A stretch of 15,478 nucleotides of DNA from Escherichia coli (lineage in GTDB: Bacteria > Pseudomonadota > Gammaproteobacteria > Enterobacterales > Enterobacteriaceae): NCBI RefSeq assembly GCF_003334815.1, contig NZ_QOWO01000055.1. One strand, written 5' to 3'. A program made the position numbers and the translations under genes. Positions 7,813 to 15,478 of the stretch are shown here, piece after piece (position 1 is the first letter of the stretch; the number at the start of each line of letters is the position of its first letter). A model generated the notes under the pieces. That model saw only the letters and a list, made by a program, of their open reading frames with translations, did not search any database and was not told where the DNA came from.

Positions 7813-9300
7813 ATGTGGTTTCACTTTCTGCAATTAAGGTCGGCTTTGAATATCTCCTCTGCTTTACGCCAGGTTGTTCACGGCACTCGCTGGCACGCTA
7901 AACGCAAGAGCTACAAAGTGTTGTTCTGGCGCGAGATAACCCCGCTTGCTGTTCCTATCTTCATGGAGAATGCCTGTGTCCTGTTGATGGGTGTCCTGAG
8001 CACTTTTCTGGTCAGCTGGCTGGGAAAAGATGCGATGGCCGGCGTGGGATTGGCGGACAGCTTCAATATGGTCATTATGGCTTTTTTTGCTGCTATCGAT
8101 CTTGGTACTACTGTCGTTGTGGCATTTAGTCTCGGTAAGCGGGATCGACGACGAGCGAGGGTGGCGACGCGGCAGTCATTGGTGATCATGACGTTGTTTG
8201 CCGTACTGTTGGCAACGCTTATTCATCATTTTGGCGAACAAATTATTGATTTCGTCGCGGGTGATGCCACGACAGAAGTTAAAGCACTGGCGTTGACTTA
8301 TCTGGAGCTGACGGTACTCAGTTATCCAGCAGTTGCCATCACTTTGATTGGTAGCGGGGCACTTCGTGGTGCAGGGAATACGAAAATACCGCTACTGATT
8401 AACGGTAGCCTGAATATTCTTAATATTATTATTAGCGGCATATTGATTTACGGCCTTTTCTCCTGGCCGGGACTGGGATTTGTCGGGGCAGGGCTGGGTT
8501 TAACCATTTCTCGTTATATTGGCGCAGTTGCAATTTTGTGGGTGCTGGCGATTGGTTTTAATCCTGCGCTAAGGATTTCGTTAAAGAGCTATTTTAAACC
8601 GCTGAATTTTAGCATTATCTGGGAAGTCATGGGGATTGGTATTCCCGCTAGTGTCGAATCAGTGTTATTTACCAGTGGTCGGTTATTAACCCAAATGTTC
8701 GTTGCCGGGATGGGGACCAGTGTTATTGCCGGAAATTTTATCGCGTTTTCAATTGCGGCTCTTATCAACTTACCCGGAAGTGCGCTCGGCTCTGCTTCTA
8801 CGATCATTACAGGCCGAAGGTTGGGGGTAGGGCAGATAGCGCAAGCAGAGATTCAGTTGCGGCATGTGTTCTGGCTGTCCACTCTTGGATTAACGGCCAT
8901 CGCCTGGCTAACGGCTCCCTTTGCCGGGCTTATGGCATCGTTTTACACCCAGGATCCACAGGTTAAACATGTCGTTGTGATTCTGATTTGGCTAAATGCT
9001 TTATTTATGCCTATTTGGTCCGCCTCATGGGTGCTACCCGCTGGATTTAAAGGTGCTCGTGATGCCCGTTACGCCATGTGGGTTTCGATGTTGAGCATGT
9101 GGGGTTGTCGGGTTGTCGTCGGTTATGTGCTGGGAATCATGCTTGGCTGGGGTGTGGTTGGTGTCTGGATGGGAATGTTTGCCGACTGGGCTGTGCGGGC
9201 TGTGCTGTTTTACTGGCGAATGGTTACTGGACGTTGGCTATGGAAATACCCTCGACCCGAGCCGCAAAAGTGTGAAAAAAAGCCAGTTGTGTCGGAATAA
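7813..9300 (+). CDS. yeeO: MATE-family efflux transporter YeeO (reported flavin/dipeptide exporter)
   Basis: Start placed at ATG 7813 (MWFHFLQLRSALNISSALRQ...), giving 495 aa with multiple hydrophobic transmembrane segments. The ORF-track 546-aa version starts at TTG 7660 and runs through the asnU promoter. Confidence 0.88.
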   Translation: MWFHFLQLRSALNISSALRQVVHGTRWHAKRKSYKVLFWREITPLAVPIFMENACVLLMGVLSTFLVSWLGKDAMAGVGLADSFNMVIMAFFAAIDLGTTVVVAFSLGKRDRRRARVATRQSLVIMTLFAVLLATLIHHFGEQIIDFVAGDATTEVKALALTYLELTVLSYPAVAITLIGSGALRGAGNTKIPLLINGSLNILNIIISGILIYGLFSWPGLGFVGAGLGLTISRYIGAVAILWVLAIGFNPALRISLKSYFKPLNFSIIWEVMGIGIPASVESVLFTSGRLLTQMFVAGMGTSVIAGNFIAFSIAALINLPGSALGSASTIITGRRLGVGQIAQAEIQLRHVFWLSTLGLTAIAWLTAPFAGLMASFYTQDPQVKHVVVILIWLNALFMPIWSASWVLPAGFKGARDARYAMWVSMLSMWGCRVVVGYVLGIMLGWGVVGVWMGMFADWAVRAVLFYWRMVTGRWLWKYPRPEPQKCEKKPVVSE

Positions 9301-9353
9301 ACGACAAAATGCAGATTATTTCAGCAAACGATTTCAAATTTAAAAAACAGGCT

Positions 9354-9382
9354 TTGACATTGTGGGTGGGCATCGCTAATAT
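9354..9382 (+). promoter_or_regulatory. Sigma70 promoter of tRNA-Asn (asnW) with upstream AT-rich UP-like region
   Basis: -35 TTGACA (9354-9359), 17-bp spacer, -10 TAATAT (9377-9382), GC-rich discriminator TCGCCTCG; AT-rich tract ATTTCAAATTTAAAAAACAG upstream. Confidence 0.65.
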
Positions 9383-9400
9383 TCGCCTCGTTCTCACGAT

Positions 9401-9476
9401 TCCTCTGTAGTTCAGTCGGTAGAACGGCGGACTGTTAATCCGTATGTCACTGGTTCGAGTCCAGTCAGAGGAGCCA
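9401..9476 (+). tRNA. asnW: tRNA-Asn (anticodon GUU)
   Basis: TCCTCTGTAGTTCAGTCGGTAGAACGGCGGACTGTTAATCCGTATGTCACTGGTTCGAGTCCAGTCAGAGGAGCCA. Name by synteny (between yeeO and yeeN). Confidence 0.96.
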
Positions 9477-9537
9477 AATTTTAGTTTTGAGACATCTCTA
9501 TGAGTCTCAAAACAGTTAAAAAATAAAAGTTATTTTT

Positions 9538-9574
9538 ACCCGGTTACCTTGTAAAAAAGTGACCGGGTTTTTTG
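9538..9574 (+). terminator. Rho-independent terminator downstream of asnW
   Basis: ACCCGGT (9538-9544), long loop, ACCGGGT (9562-9568), followed by TTTTTTG. A separate 10-bp perfect palindrome GTTTTGAGAC...GTCTCAAAAC at 9484-9513 precedes it. Confidence 0.6.
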
Positions 9575-9888
9575 ATTTCTGTGTTTCGTGCGCTTAATCG
9601 AGTCTCACGCTTCAGTGAGCAAGTTGCCCCCCAACAGACATCACGATTCGCAAGGTCAAAAACTCTGTTCCATGAAGTACCGTACAAAGATAAAGAGAAA
9701 AATGCCTTATGCGGGATGTCGCTATCGCGTCTTTATCGGGAAACTATGCGTAATTGCCACTTTGCCTTCTGTAATCAGAAAAAGAAGAACTGGAATTTTA
9801 ATAAATATTATTTCTCTGGGAACGGGGATTTTTTATAATCAATATGACGAGTTGAACATTATATTTTTTATAAGGGTTATATGAGATT

Positions 9889-9919
9889 AAAGAAATCTGC
9901 CGTAAAGACAGATTTCTTT
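9889..9919 (-). terminator. Stem-loop downstream of yeeN (putative terminator)
   Basis: 11-bp perfect inverted repeat AAAGAAATCTG / CAGATTTCTTT with a 9-nt loop, 10 bp past the yeeN stop; the flanking U-tract on the minus strand is weak. Confidence 0.4.
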
Positions 9920-9928
9920 AAAATATAA

Positions 9929-10645
9929 TTAGAGATTTGCGACGTTATGATAAACTTTTTGTACATCGTCGTCATCTTCAAGGGCATCAACAAGCCCTTC
10001 AAAGATTTCTAAATCTTCTGGGGAAAGCTCAACTTCAGATTGCGCAATCATTTCTAATTCTGTTGTTGAGAACTCAGTGATTCCAGCTGCTTTTAGAGCC
10101 GCGATTCCTTTATGAAGGTCAGTAGGTTCGGTATAAATAACAATGTTACCTTCTTCTTCAGTCACATCACGAACATCAACTTCAGCTTCAAGTAAAATTT
10201 CAAAAATATGGTCAGGGTCTGATCCTTTAAATACAATCACACCCGTATTGTCAAACATATAGCTGACAGAACCTGCCGCTCCGATATTGCCGCCTTTTTT
10301 ATTGAAAATTGTGCGAACGTTAGCAATCGTACGGTTAACATTTGAAGTCAATGTCTCGGCGATAATCATTGAGCCATTAGGACCAAAGCCTTCATAACGG
10401 CCCTGCACGAACGTTTCATCTCCGCCGCCTTTGGCTTTATCAATTGCTTTATCAATAACGTGCTTTGGAACTTGTGCCTGCTTTGCACGTTCAATAACGA
10501 ATTTTAAAGATGTGTTTAATTCTGGATCGGGTTCACCTTGTTTAGCAGCAGCATAGATTTCTACACCGAATTTTGCATAAATTTTAGACGTTGCACCGTC
10601 TTTAGCCGTTTTTTTAGCAACAATATTGGCCCATTTACGTCCCAC
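9929..10645 (-). CDS. yeeN: YebC/PmpR-family transcriptional regulatory protein YeeN
   Basis: 238-aa ORF ([31 protein letters not shown]...), characteristic YebC-family N-terminus; matches E. coli YeeN in length. Confidence 0.92.
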   Translation of the reverse strand: MGRKWANIVAKKTAKDGATSKIYAKFGVEIYAAAKQGEPDPELNTSLKFVIERAKQAQVPKHVIDKAIDKAKGGGDETFVQGRYEGFGPNGSMIIAETLTSNVNRTIANVRTIFNKKGGNIGAAGSVSYMFDNTGVIVFKGSDPDHIFEILLEAEVDVRDVTEEEGNIVIYTEPTDLHKGIAALKAAGITEFSTTELEMIAQSEVELSPEDLEIFEGLVDALEDDDDVQKVYHNVANL

Positions 10646-10987
10646 TGGAATGATCTCCTCGAAAATTTATTTACATTACTGGTAAATCGTTAACATGTGT
10701 TAAATCAGCATATTATATCATAACAGGAAAAATCTCGTCTATTAGAAATAAAAATATTCTAAAGCCATAATCTTATATTTTGTTTTATAAAAACTAATGT
10801 TGTTGGCGGGATTTTTTATAATTATATTTTGAAAGCATACATGCTTTTAATATGCGGAAATCATTAAGACGATAATGAAACTCGCATCTGCCCAAGGAAG
10901 CAAACAGCCCGCGTTGATTGCAGGCTATTTGCCAGATGTCTTACTTAATCCTTCACATCTATTTCTGATGAGAAGGTTCAGAACTTA

Positions 10988-12442
10988 TTATCGGAACGGC
11001 GGCTCATTAAAGGTTCGTAATTTACGCGAATGCAGTCGGTCGCCTTCTGCGCGCAGCAAATCGATCGCCCGAATGCCAATTTGCAGGTGTTCGGAAATAG
11101 CACCTTCATAAAAACGGTTAGCCTGACCGGGAAGTTTAATCTCGCCATGCAACGGTTTATCTGAAACACACAGTAGTGTCCCGTATGGCACGCGGAAACG
11201 ATATCCTTGCGCGGCAATGGTTGCACTTTCCATATCAATTGCTACGGCCCGGCTTAAGTTAAAACGAAGTGCAGAAGCTGAGTAACGTAATTCCCAGTTC
11301 CTGTCATCTGTGGTTACCACAGTACCAGTACGTAGCCGCTGTTTGACTTCCTCACCGGGCCTGCCACTCACCAGCTTGGTGGCGTCATAAAGCGCACGTT
11401 GCACTTCAGCAATGCTCGGAATAGGAATATCGGGCGGCAGAACCGCATCAAGAACGTGGTCATCGCGTAAATAAGCGTGTGCAAGTACATAATCGCCAAT
11501 GGCCTGACTTTCACGTAATCCGCCACAGTGACCAATCATCAACCAGACATCCGGGCGTAGCACTGCCAGATGATCGCAGATGGTTTTAGCATTGGAAGGT
11601 CCCACGCCAATATTCACCAGAGTAATACCCTGAGCATCGGCGGTAATTAAATGCCATGCTGGCATCTGGTGTTTTTTCCATGCAAGGTCGGAAATGGCTT
11701 CTTCTGGCGCTTCGGTTTCGGCGGTGATCCAGTTCCCGCCAGCACAAGAAAGGGCAATGTAAGGACTATCAGGATCGAGGATCTGGCTGCATCCCCAACG
11801 AACGAATTCATCCACATAACGTGTGTAGTTGGTAAACAAGACGAACGGCTGAAAATGTTCAACTGGCGTACCGGTATAATGGCGCAACCGTGCGAGGGAA
11901 AAATCGACGCGGCGCGCATCAAAATGCGATAGCGGGGAGAATTCCGTTGGATGATAAATGCCGTCTGCAGTTTCATCGCCAATTTGCGCCAGTTCTGTTG
12001 TCGGGAAGTAGCGAGTTAACCCAGCGCTCATTGAGCGATCAAGTGTCAATTCAGAGCCATCGATGACATAAGGATAAGGGATTTCATGCTGCGAGGGTTG
12101 CACAGAGATATGCGCACCATAATCCTGATACAGCAACGTAAGTTGTTCATTAAGATACGAACGAAAGAGAGTAGGGCGAGTAATCGTGGTGGTGTAGCTG
12201 CCTGCGTGAGTAAAACGACCAAATGCGCGCGTTTTGGGGGGATTGGTTGTGCTACCGTCCCAGGTTACGGTCAGTGATGGATAGACAAAAAGACCTTGTT
12301 TGCGGGCGTTTTCATCAGGTAATTCGCCACTTGTAATATAGTTGCCAATGGCGTTGCGTAATGCGACTACAGATTGCTCATACAGCGCGTCGAGTTTATC
12401 CAGTGCCTGAGCTGGGGTCAGACCGGAGCCCTTATTATTCAT
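10988..12442 (-). CDS. amn: AMP nucleosidase
   Basis: Start at ATG 12442 (MNNKGSGLTPAQALDKLDALYEQSVVALRNAIGNYITSGELPDENARKQGLFVYPSL...), 484 aa; RBS AGGAG just upstream on the minus strand. The ORF-track start at 12598 is an extension that overlaps the shiA 3' end. Confidence 0.93.
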   Translation of the reverse strand: MNNKGSGLTPAQALDKLDALYEQSVVALRNAIGNYITSGELPDENARKQGLFVYPSLTVTWDGSTTNPPKTRAFGRFTHAGSYTTTITRPTLFRSYLNEQLTLLYQDYGAHISVQPSQHEIPYPYVIDGSELTLDRSMSAGLTRYFPTTELAQIGDETADGIYHPTEFSPLSHFDARRVDFSLARLRHYTGTPVEHFQPFVLFTNYTRYVDEFVRWGCSQILDPDSPYIALSCAGGNWITAETEAPEEAISDLAWKKHQMPAWHLITADAQGITLVNIGVGPSNAKTICDHLAVLRPDVWLMIGHCGGLRESQAIGDYVLAHAYLRDDHVLDAVLPPDIPIPSIAEVQRALYDATKLVSGRPGEEVKQRLRTGTVVTTDDRNWELRYSASALRFNLSRAVAIDMESATIAAQGYRFRVPYGTLLCVSDKPLHGEIKLPGQANRFYEGAISEHLQIGIRAIDLLRAEGDRLHSRKLRTFNEPPFR

Positions 12443-12513
12443 GTGTGTCTCCTGTTCCATACAATTACCGCACATCCGATAGTATGTCACAGAAATGTGA
12501 AACAAAAGTGTAA

Positions 12514-12537
12514 GGCGAAGATCGGATGATCTTCGCC
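12514..12537 (-). terminator. Stem-loop just downstream of shiA (putative terminator, in the amn upstream region)
   Basis: Perfect 10-bp inverted repeat GGCGAAGATC / GATCTTCGCC with 4-nt loop GGAT, 7 bp past the shiA stop. Confidence 0.5.
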
Positions 12538-12543
12538 AGGCTA

Positions 12544-13860
12544 TCAAGCGCGTTGACTGTCTTTCATCAACAAAGCGGTCATTGCGGAAATCAGGCATCC
12601 AGCCAGCAAATAAATGGCGACGCTATGCCAGTTCCCGGCAAAGTAAGTGATGAGTGCAGCGGCAATAAAAGGTGTAAATCCACCGCCAACCACACTGGCA
12701 ACCTGATAACCGACTCCAGCGCCACTATAGCGATAACTGGCACCAAACATTTCGGTAAACATCGGTTGTTGCACACACACCACCATGTCATGCGCAATGT
12801 TTGCCAGCATTATGGAGAAGAAAACTATCCAGAAAATAGATTGTGCTTCAAGCGCCATAAAGAAAGGAAATGCGCTCAACGTTCCGATTAACGCACCTGT
12901 GATATAAACCCTACGGCGACCAAAACGATCGGCAAGCCAGGCAAAACAGGGAATTGTCAGGCAGCTTAATCCACCTACCAGCAAACCAATATTAAGGAAA
13001 AGTTCGCGCGGTAGCCCCATATTCTGGGTTGAATAATTAAGTGCAAAGGCAGTAACGATGTACATCGTCAGCAATTCGCACAGTCGTAGCGCAATAATCT
13101 TCAGGAAAGCACCGGGATGTCGTAACAGCGCTTCGATAACCGGGATGCGTTTTTTCGCGGCAGCTTGATAATGTTGCTGTTGTTCAAATTCCGCGGACTC
13201 TTCCATGCCATTGCGCACCCACAATGCTCCCAGTACCAGTACGATGCTAAACAGGAAAGGAATGCGCCAGCCCCAGCTTAAAAACTGTTCGTCAGTCGTC
13301 ATCATACTGATCAATGAAACCAGTCCGGTTGAAAGCAGTAAACCTACACCGTAGCCAACTTGTACACCGCTACTGTAAAAGGCTTTTTTATTTTTCGGTG
13401 CACTTTCAACGGAAAGCAACGCCGCGCCTCCCCATTCGCCGCCGACGGCAAATCCCTGAATGGCACGCAGTGTCACCAGCAAAATAGGTGCCCACCACCC
13501 AATGGTCGAGAATGAAGGAAGAATACCAATCAAGGCTGTCGCGATGCCCATCATCCAGACGGTCAGCATTAACATGCGCTTACGTCCCAGTCGGTCGCCA
13601 AAGTGACCGAAAATGACACCGCCGAGCGGACGGAAAAGGAATCCGACGCCAAAGGTAGCAAATGCGGCGAGCGTTCCCATCGCCGGGCTTACTTGCGGGA
13701 AAAACTCGCGATTAAACACCAGTGCGGCGGTGATGCCATAGAGTAAAAAATCATACCAGTCGACGACGGCACCAGCGAAGCTGCCTAACGCAGCTCGTCG
13801 GGCGCGACTTAACGAAAGCGTCCCTTCATCGGGACGAGTGGAGATGAGCGTGGAGTCCAT
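12544..13860 (-). CDS. shiA: Shikimate transporter ShiA (major facilitator superfamily)
   Basis: 438-aa polytopic membrane ORF (MDSTLISTRPDEGTLSLSRARRAALGSFAGAVVDWYDFLLYG...), MFS signature GHFGDRLGRKR; length matches E. coli ShiA. Confidence 0.93.
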   Translation of the reverse strand: MDSTLISTRPDEGTLSLSRARRAALGSFAGAVVDWYDFLLYGITAALVFNREFFPQVSPAMGTLAAFATFGVGFLFRPLGGVIFGHFGDRLGRKRMLMLTVWMMGIATALIGILPSFSTIGWWAPILLVTLRAIQGFAVGGEWGGAALLSVESAPKNKKAFYSSGVQVGYGVGLLLSTGLVSLISMMTTDEQFLSWGWRIPFLFSIVLVLGALWVRNGMEESAEFEQQQHYQAAAKKRIPVIEALLRHPGAFLKIIALRLCELLTMYIVTAFALNYSTQNMGLPRELFLNIGLLVGGLSCLTIPCFAWLADRFGRRRVYITGALIGTLSAFPFFMALEAQSIFWIVFFSIMLANIAHDMVVCVQQPMFTEMFGASYRYSGAGVGYQVASVVGGGFTPFIAAALITYFAGNWHSVAIYLLAGCLISAMTALLMKDSQRA

Positions 13861-14174
13861 AATGATCCTGTTTGTACTGTCTTTTTATAATTAGTATGGA
13901 AAAGGTAACTCACATTGCCGTCGATCTATAAACGAACCTTATGAGACTACCTCGACAGAGCGCATCTGCAAATGATTTTATGGCTGATTAGCGGCAACAT
14001 GAAAAATTCGATGGAAGATGAAAGCGCAGGAGTTGCTGGTGTTGTTTAAGGATTAAGCAGAGGACCCACAGGTTAGAGATATGAAACATAAAAGTCCGCA
14101 TATGCACAAAATGGCACCCTGATGAGTCTGATAGACTGCATTGCATTATAACCAGTAGGGAGGCGAGGTTAGGT

Positions 14175-14777
14175 ATGTTTTTAGCATCATTGTTGAGACG
14201 TATTGCATTTAGTTACTACGATTATAAAGCTTATAATTTCAATATTGAAAAAACAGACTTTGTTGTCATCCATATTCCCGATCAGATTGGCGATGCTATG
14301 GCCATCTTTCCTGTTATTCGGGCGCTTGAATTGCATAAAATTAAGCATCTATTAATTGTTACGTCGACAATTAATTTAGAAGTCTTTAATGCGCTCAAAC
14401 TTGAACTGACTAAATTAACATTAGTTACAATGACTATGCAGGATCACGCAACATTAAAAGAAATAAAAAATTTAGCGAAGAACATAACACTGCAATACGG
14501 TACGCCGGATCTTTGTATAGAGGCGATGCGTAAAAAGAACCTGAAAACGATGATATTTATCAGTCAGTTGAAAGCAAAAACGAATTTTCAGGTTGTTGGT
14601 ATAACCATGAATTGCTTCTCCCCTTTGTGCAAGAACGCGTCCCGTATGGATCAGAAACTCCGGGCTCCCGTACCTATGACATGGGCATTTATGATGCGTG
14701 AGGCGGGTTTTCCAGCAGTCAGGCCAATATATGAATTGAATCGCCACGGGTTTAACAGACACCTCAGAGTCATTTAA
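14175..14777 (+). pseudogene. yeeL: yeeL-like putative glycosyltransferase (family 9 heptosyltransferase-like N-terminal region), 3'-truncated remnant
   Basis: The 200-aa ORF has an N-terminal pattern resembling GT9 heptosyltransferases (VVIHIPDQIGDAMAIFPVIRALE) but is far shorter than the ~320-350 aa typical for the family. AT-rich body until about 14600, then a GC-richer tail that runs into the IS3-family element. Position divergent from shiA matches K-12 yeeL, which is a pseudogene there. Confidence 0.5.
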
Positions 14778-15050
14778 GATGACTTAAAGAGAGGTGCCCA
14801 TGAGTGGTAAGCGTTATCCCGAAGAGTTTAAAATTGAAGCAGTCAAACAGGTTGTTGATCGCGGTTATTCTGTTGCCAGCGTTGCAACACGTCTCGATAT
14901 CACCACCCACAGCCTTTACTCCTGGATAAAGAAGTACGGTCCGGATTCTTCCACTAATAAAGAACAGTCAGATGCTCAGGCCGAGATCCGCCGTCTCCAG
15001 AAAGAGCTGAAGCGGGTTACCGACGAACGGGACATATTAAAAAAAGCCGT
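14732..15050 (+). mobile_element. IS3-family insertion sequence (possibly IS600-like), 5' portion; left boundary approximate; interrupted at 15050/15051 by IS30
   Basis: Contains an IS3-family OrfA. Upstream sequence GGGTTTAACAGACACC carries the GGACAC-like motif common in IS3-family left ends. Left end placed 60-70 bp upstream of the orfA ATG by analogy; not verified. Confidence 0.55.
14800..15050 (+). pseudogene. IS3-family transposase OrfA (HTH plus leucine-zipper protein), C-terminally truncated by the IS30 insertion
   Basis: MSGKRYPEEFKIEAVKQVVDRGYSVASVATRLDITTHSLYSWIKKYGPDSSTNKEQSDAQAEIRRLQKELKRVTDERDILKKA, then reads into the IS30 end. Programmed -1 frameshift-type heptamer A_AAA_AAA at 15039-15045. 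The ORF-track start at GTG 14794 is 2 codons upstream. Confidence 0.75.
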
Positions 15051-15478
15051 TGTAGATTCAATCTGTCAATGCAACACCCCTTTCAATTATCTCTTTCGGT
15101 GTTTTGAACTTCAGTGTCTTTCTCGGTCTGTTGTTTAGCTGAGCAGCAACCAGATCTAGTTCATGTTGAGTATATTGGGCAAGACATGTCTTTTTAGGAA
15201 AGTACTGCCGAATTAGCCCATTTGTGTTCTCATTTGTTCCCCGCTGCCAAGGACTCTGAGGATCGCAGAAGTAAACTTTAACGCCGGTGCTGACAGTAAA
15301 TTCTAGATGTCTGGCCAGTTCCATTCCTCTGTCCCATGTCAGTGATTTTCTGAGTTCTGACGGTAAACTCAGGAATTTGTCGGTAAGAGCCTGATTTACT
15401 GAGACAGAATCTTTGCCCCTGAGTCTAAGGATGATCGTATAACGTGATTTTCGGTCTACAAGTGTGGCTATATGAGAG
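15051..15478 (-). mobile_element. IS30 insertion sequence, one end (terminal inverted repeat begins TGTAGATTCAAT at 15051); continues beyond the window
   Basis: The terminal sequence TGTAGATTCAATCTGTCAATGCAAC matches the remembered IS30 inverted repeat, and the adjacent ORF on the minus strand is the IS30 transposase C-terminus. Confidence 0.8.
15058..15478 (-). CDS. insI: IS30 transposase (DDE, IS30 family), C-terminal 139 codons; N-terminus lies outside the window
   Basis: The minus-strand frame is open from the window edge: SHIATLVDRKSRYTIILRLRGKDSVSVNQALTDKFLSLPSELRKSLTWDRGMELARHLEFTVSTGVKVYFCDPQSPWQRGTNENTNGLIRQYFPKKTCLAQYTQHELDLVAAQLNNRPRKTLKFKTPKEIIERGVALTD. It contains the IS30-family signature PWQRG-NENTNGL-RQYFPK. 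Confidence 0.85.
   Translation of the reverse strand, partial: SHIATLVDRKSRYTIILRLRGKDSVSVNQALTDKFLSLPSELRKSLTWDRGMELARHLEFTVSTGVKVYFCDPQSPWQRGTNENTNGLIRQYFPKKTCLAQYTQHELDLVAAQLNNRPRKTLKFKTPKEIIERGVALTD

Noticed and set aside
9572-9884. Two overlapping plus-strand ORFs (88 and 98 aa) in the asnW-yeeN spacer
   Set aside because: Non-ATG starts, AT-rich low-complexity basic translations and overlap with terminator hairpins; treated as non-coding, though the spacer itself is kept as a finding.
11647-11982. ORFs inside amn on both strands (11647-11982 minus, 11651-11932 plus) and ORF 12526-12891 inside shiA
   Set aside because: Alternative-frame or antisense ORFs within confidently assigned genes, with no independent support.
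12443-12598. 5' extension of amn to 536 aa
   Set aside because: It would overlap the shiA 3' end and its terminator hairpin; ATG 12442 with an AGGAG RBS gives the expected 484-aa AMP nucleosidase beginning MNNKGSGL.
281-14800. Composite transposon formed by the two flanking IS3-family elements
   Set aside because: The left element is IS3 while the right orfA is a different IS3-family member, and the interior is conserved housekeeping synteny (cobUST through shiA) rather than cargo; rearrangement potential is retained as a low-interest finding.
1-15478. CRISPR arrays, integrons or other tandem repeat arrays
   Set aside because: No regularly spaced direct repeats were seen by eye; the only repeated units are the three tRNA-Asn genes and short hairpins.

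Overview
This window reads as an Escherichia/Shigella-type chromosomal segment, syntenic in reverse orientation with the E. coli K-12 region cobU-cobS-cobT-erfK(ldtA)-asnV-nac-cbl-asnU-yeeO-asnW-yeeN-amn-shiA-yeeL. All identifications are from reading the sequence and ORF translations against remembered protein sequences and motifs; no database search or computation was run. The core genes look intact, with K-12-like lengths once start codons are corrected (cobS, nac, yeeO, amn). Three identical tRNA-Asn(GUU) genes each carry their own promoter and terminator. The segment is bracketed by insertion sequences: a partial IS3 copy with a decayed transposase at the left edge, and at the right an IS3-family element in the yeeL glycosyltransferase remnant that is itself split by IS30. 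I do not see a convincing new biological system (no CRISPR array, defence-island-like operon, integrase or toxin-antitoxin pair). The least-explained DNA is 282-1739 (AT-rich, no intact ORF), 9477-9928, 13861-14174 and the compositional break near 14600-14735.
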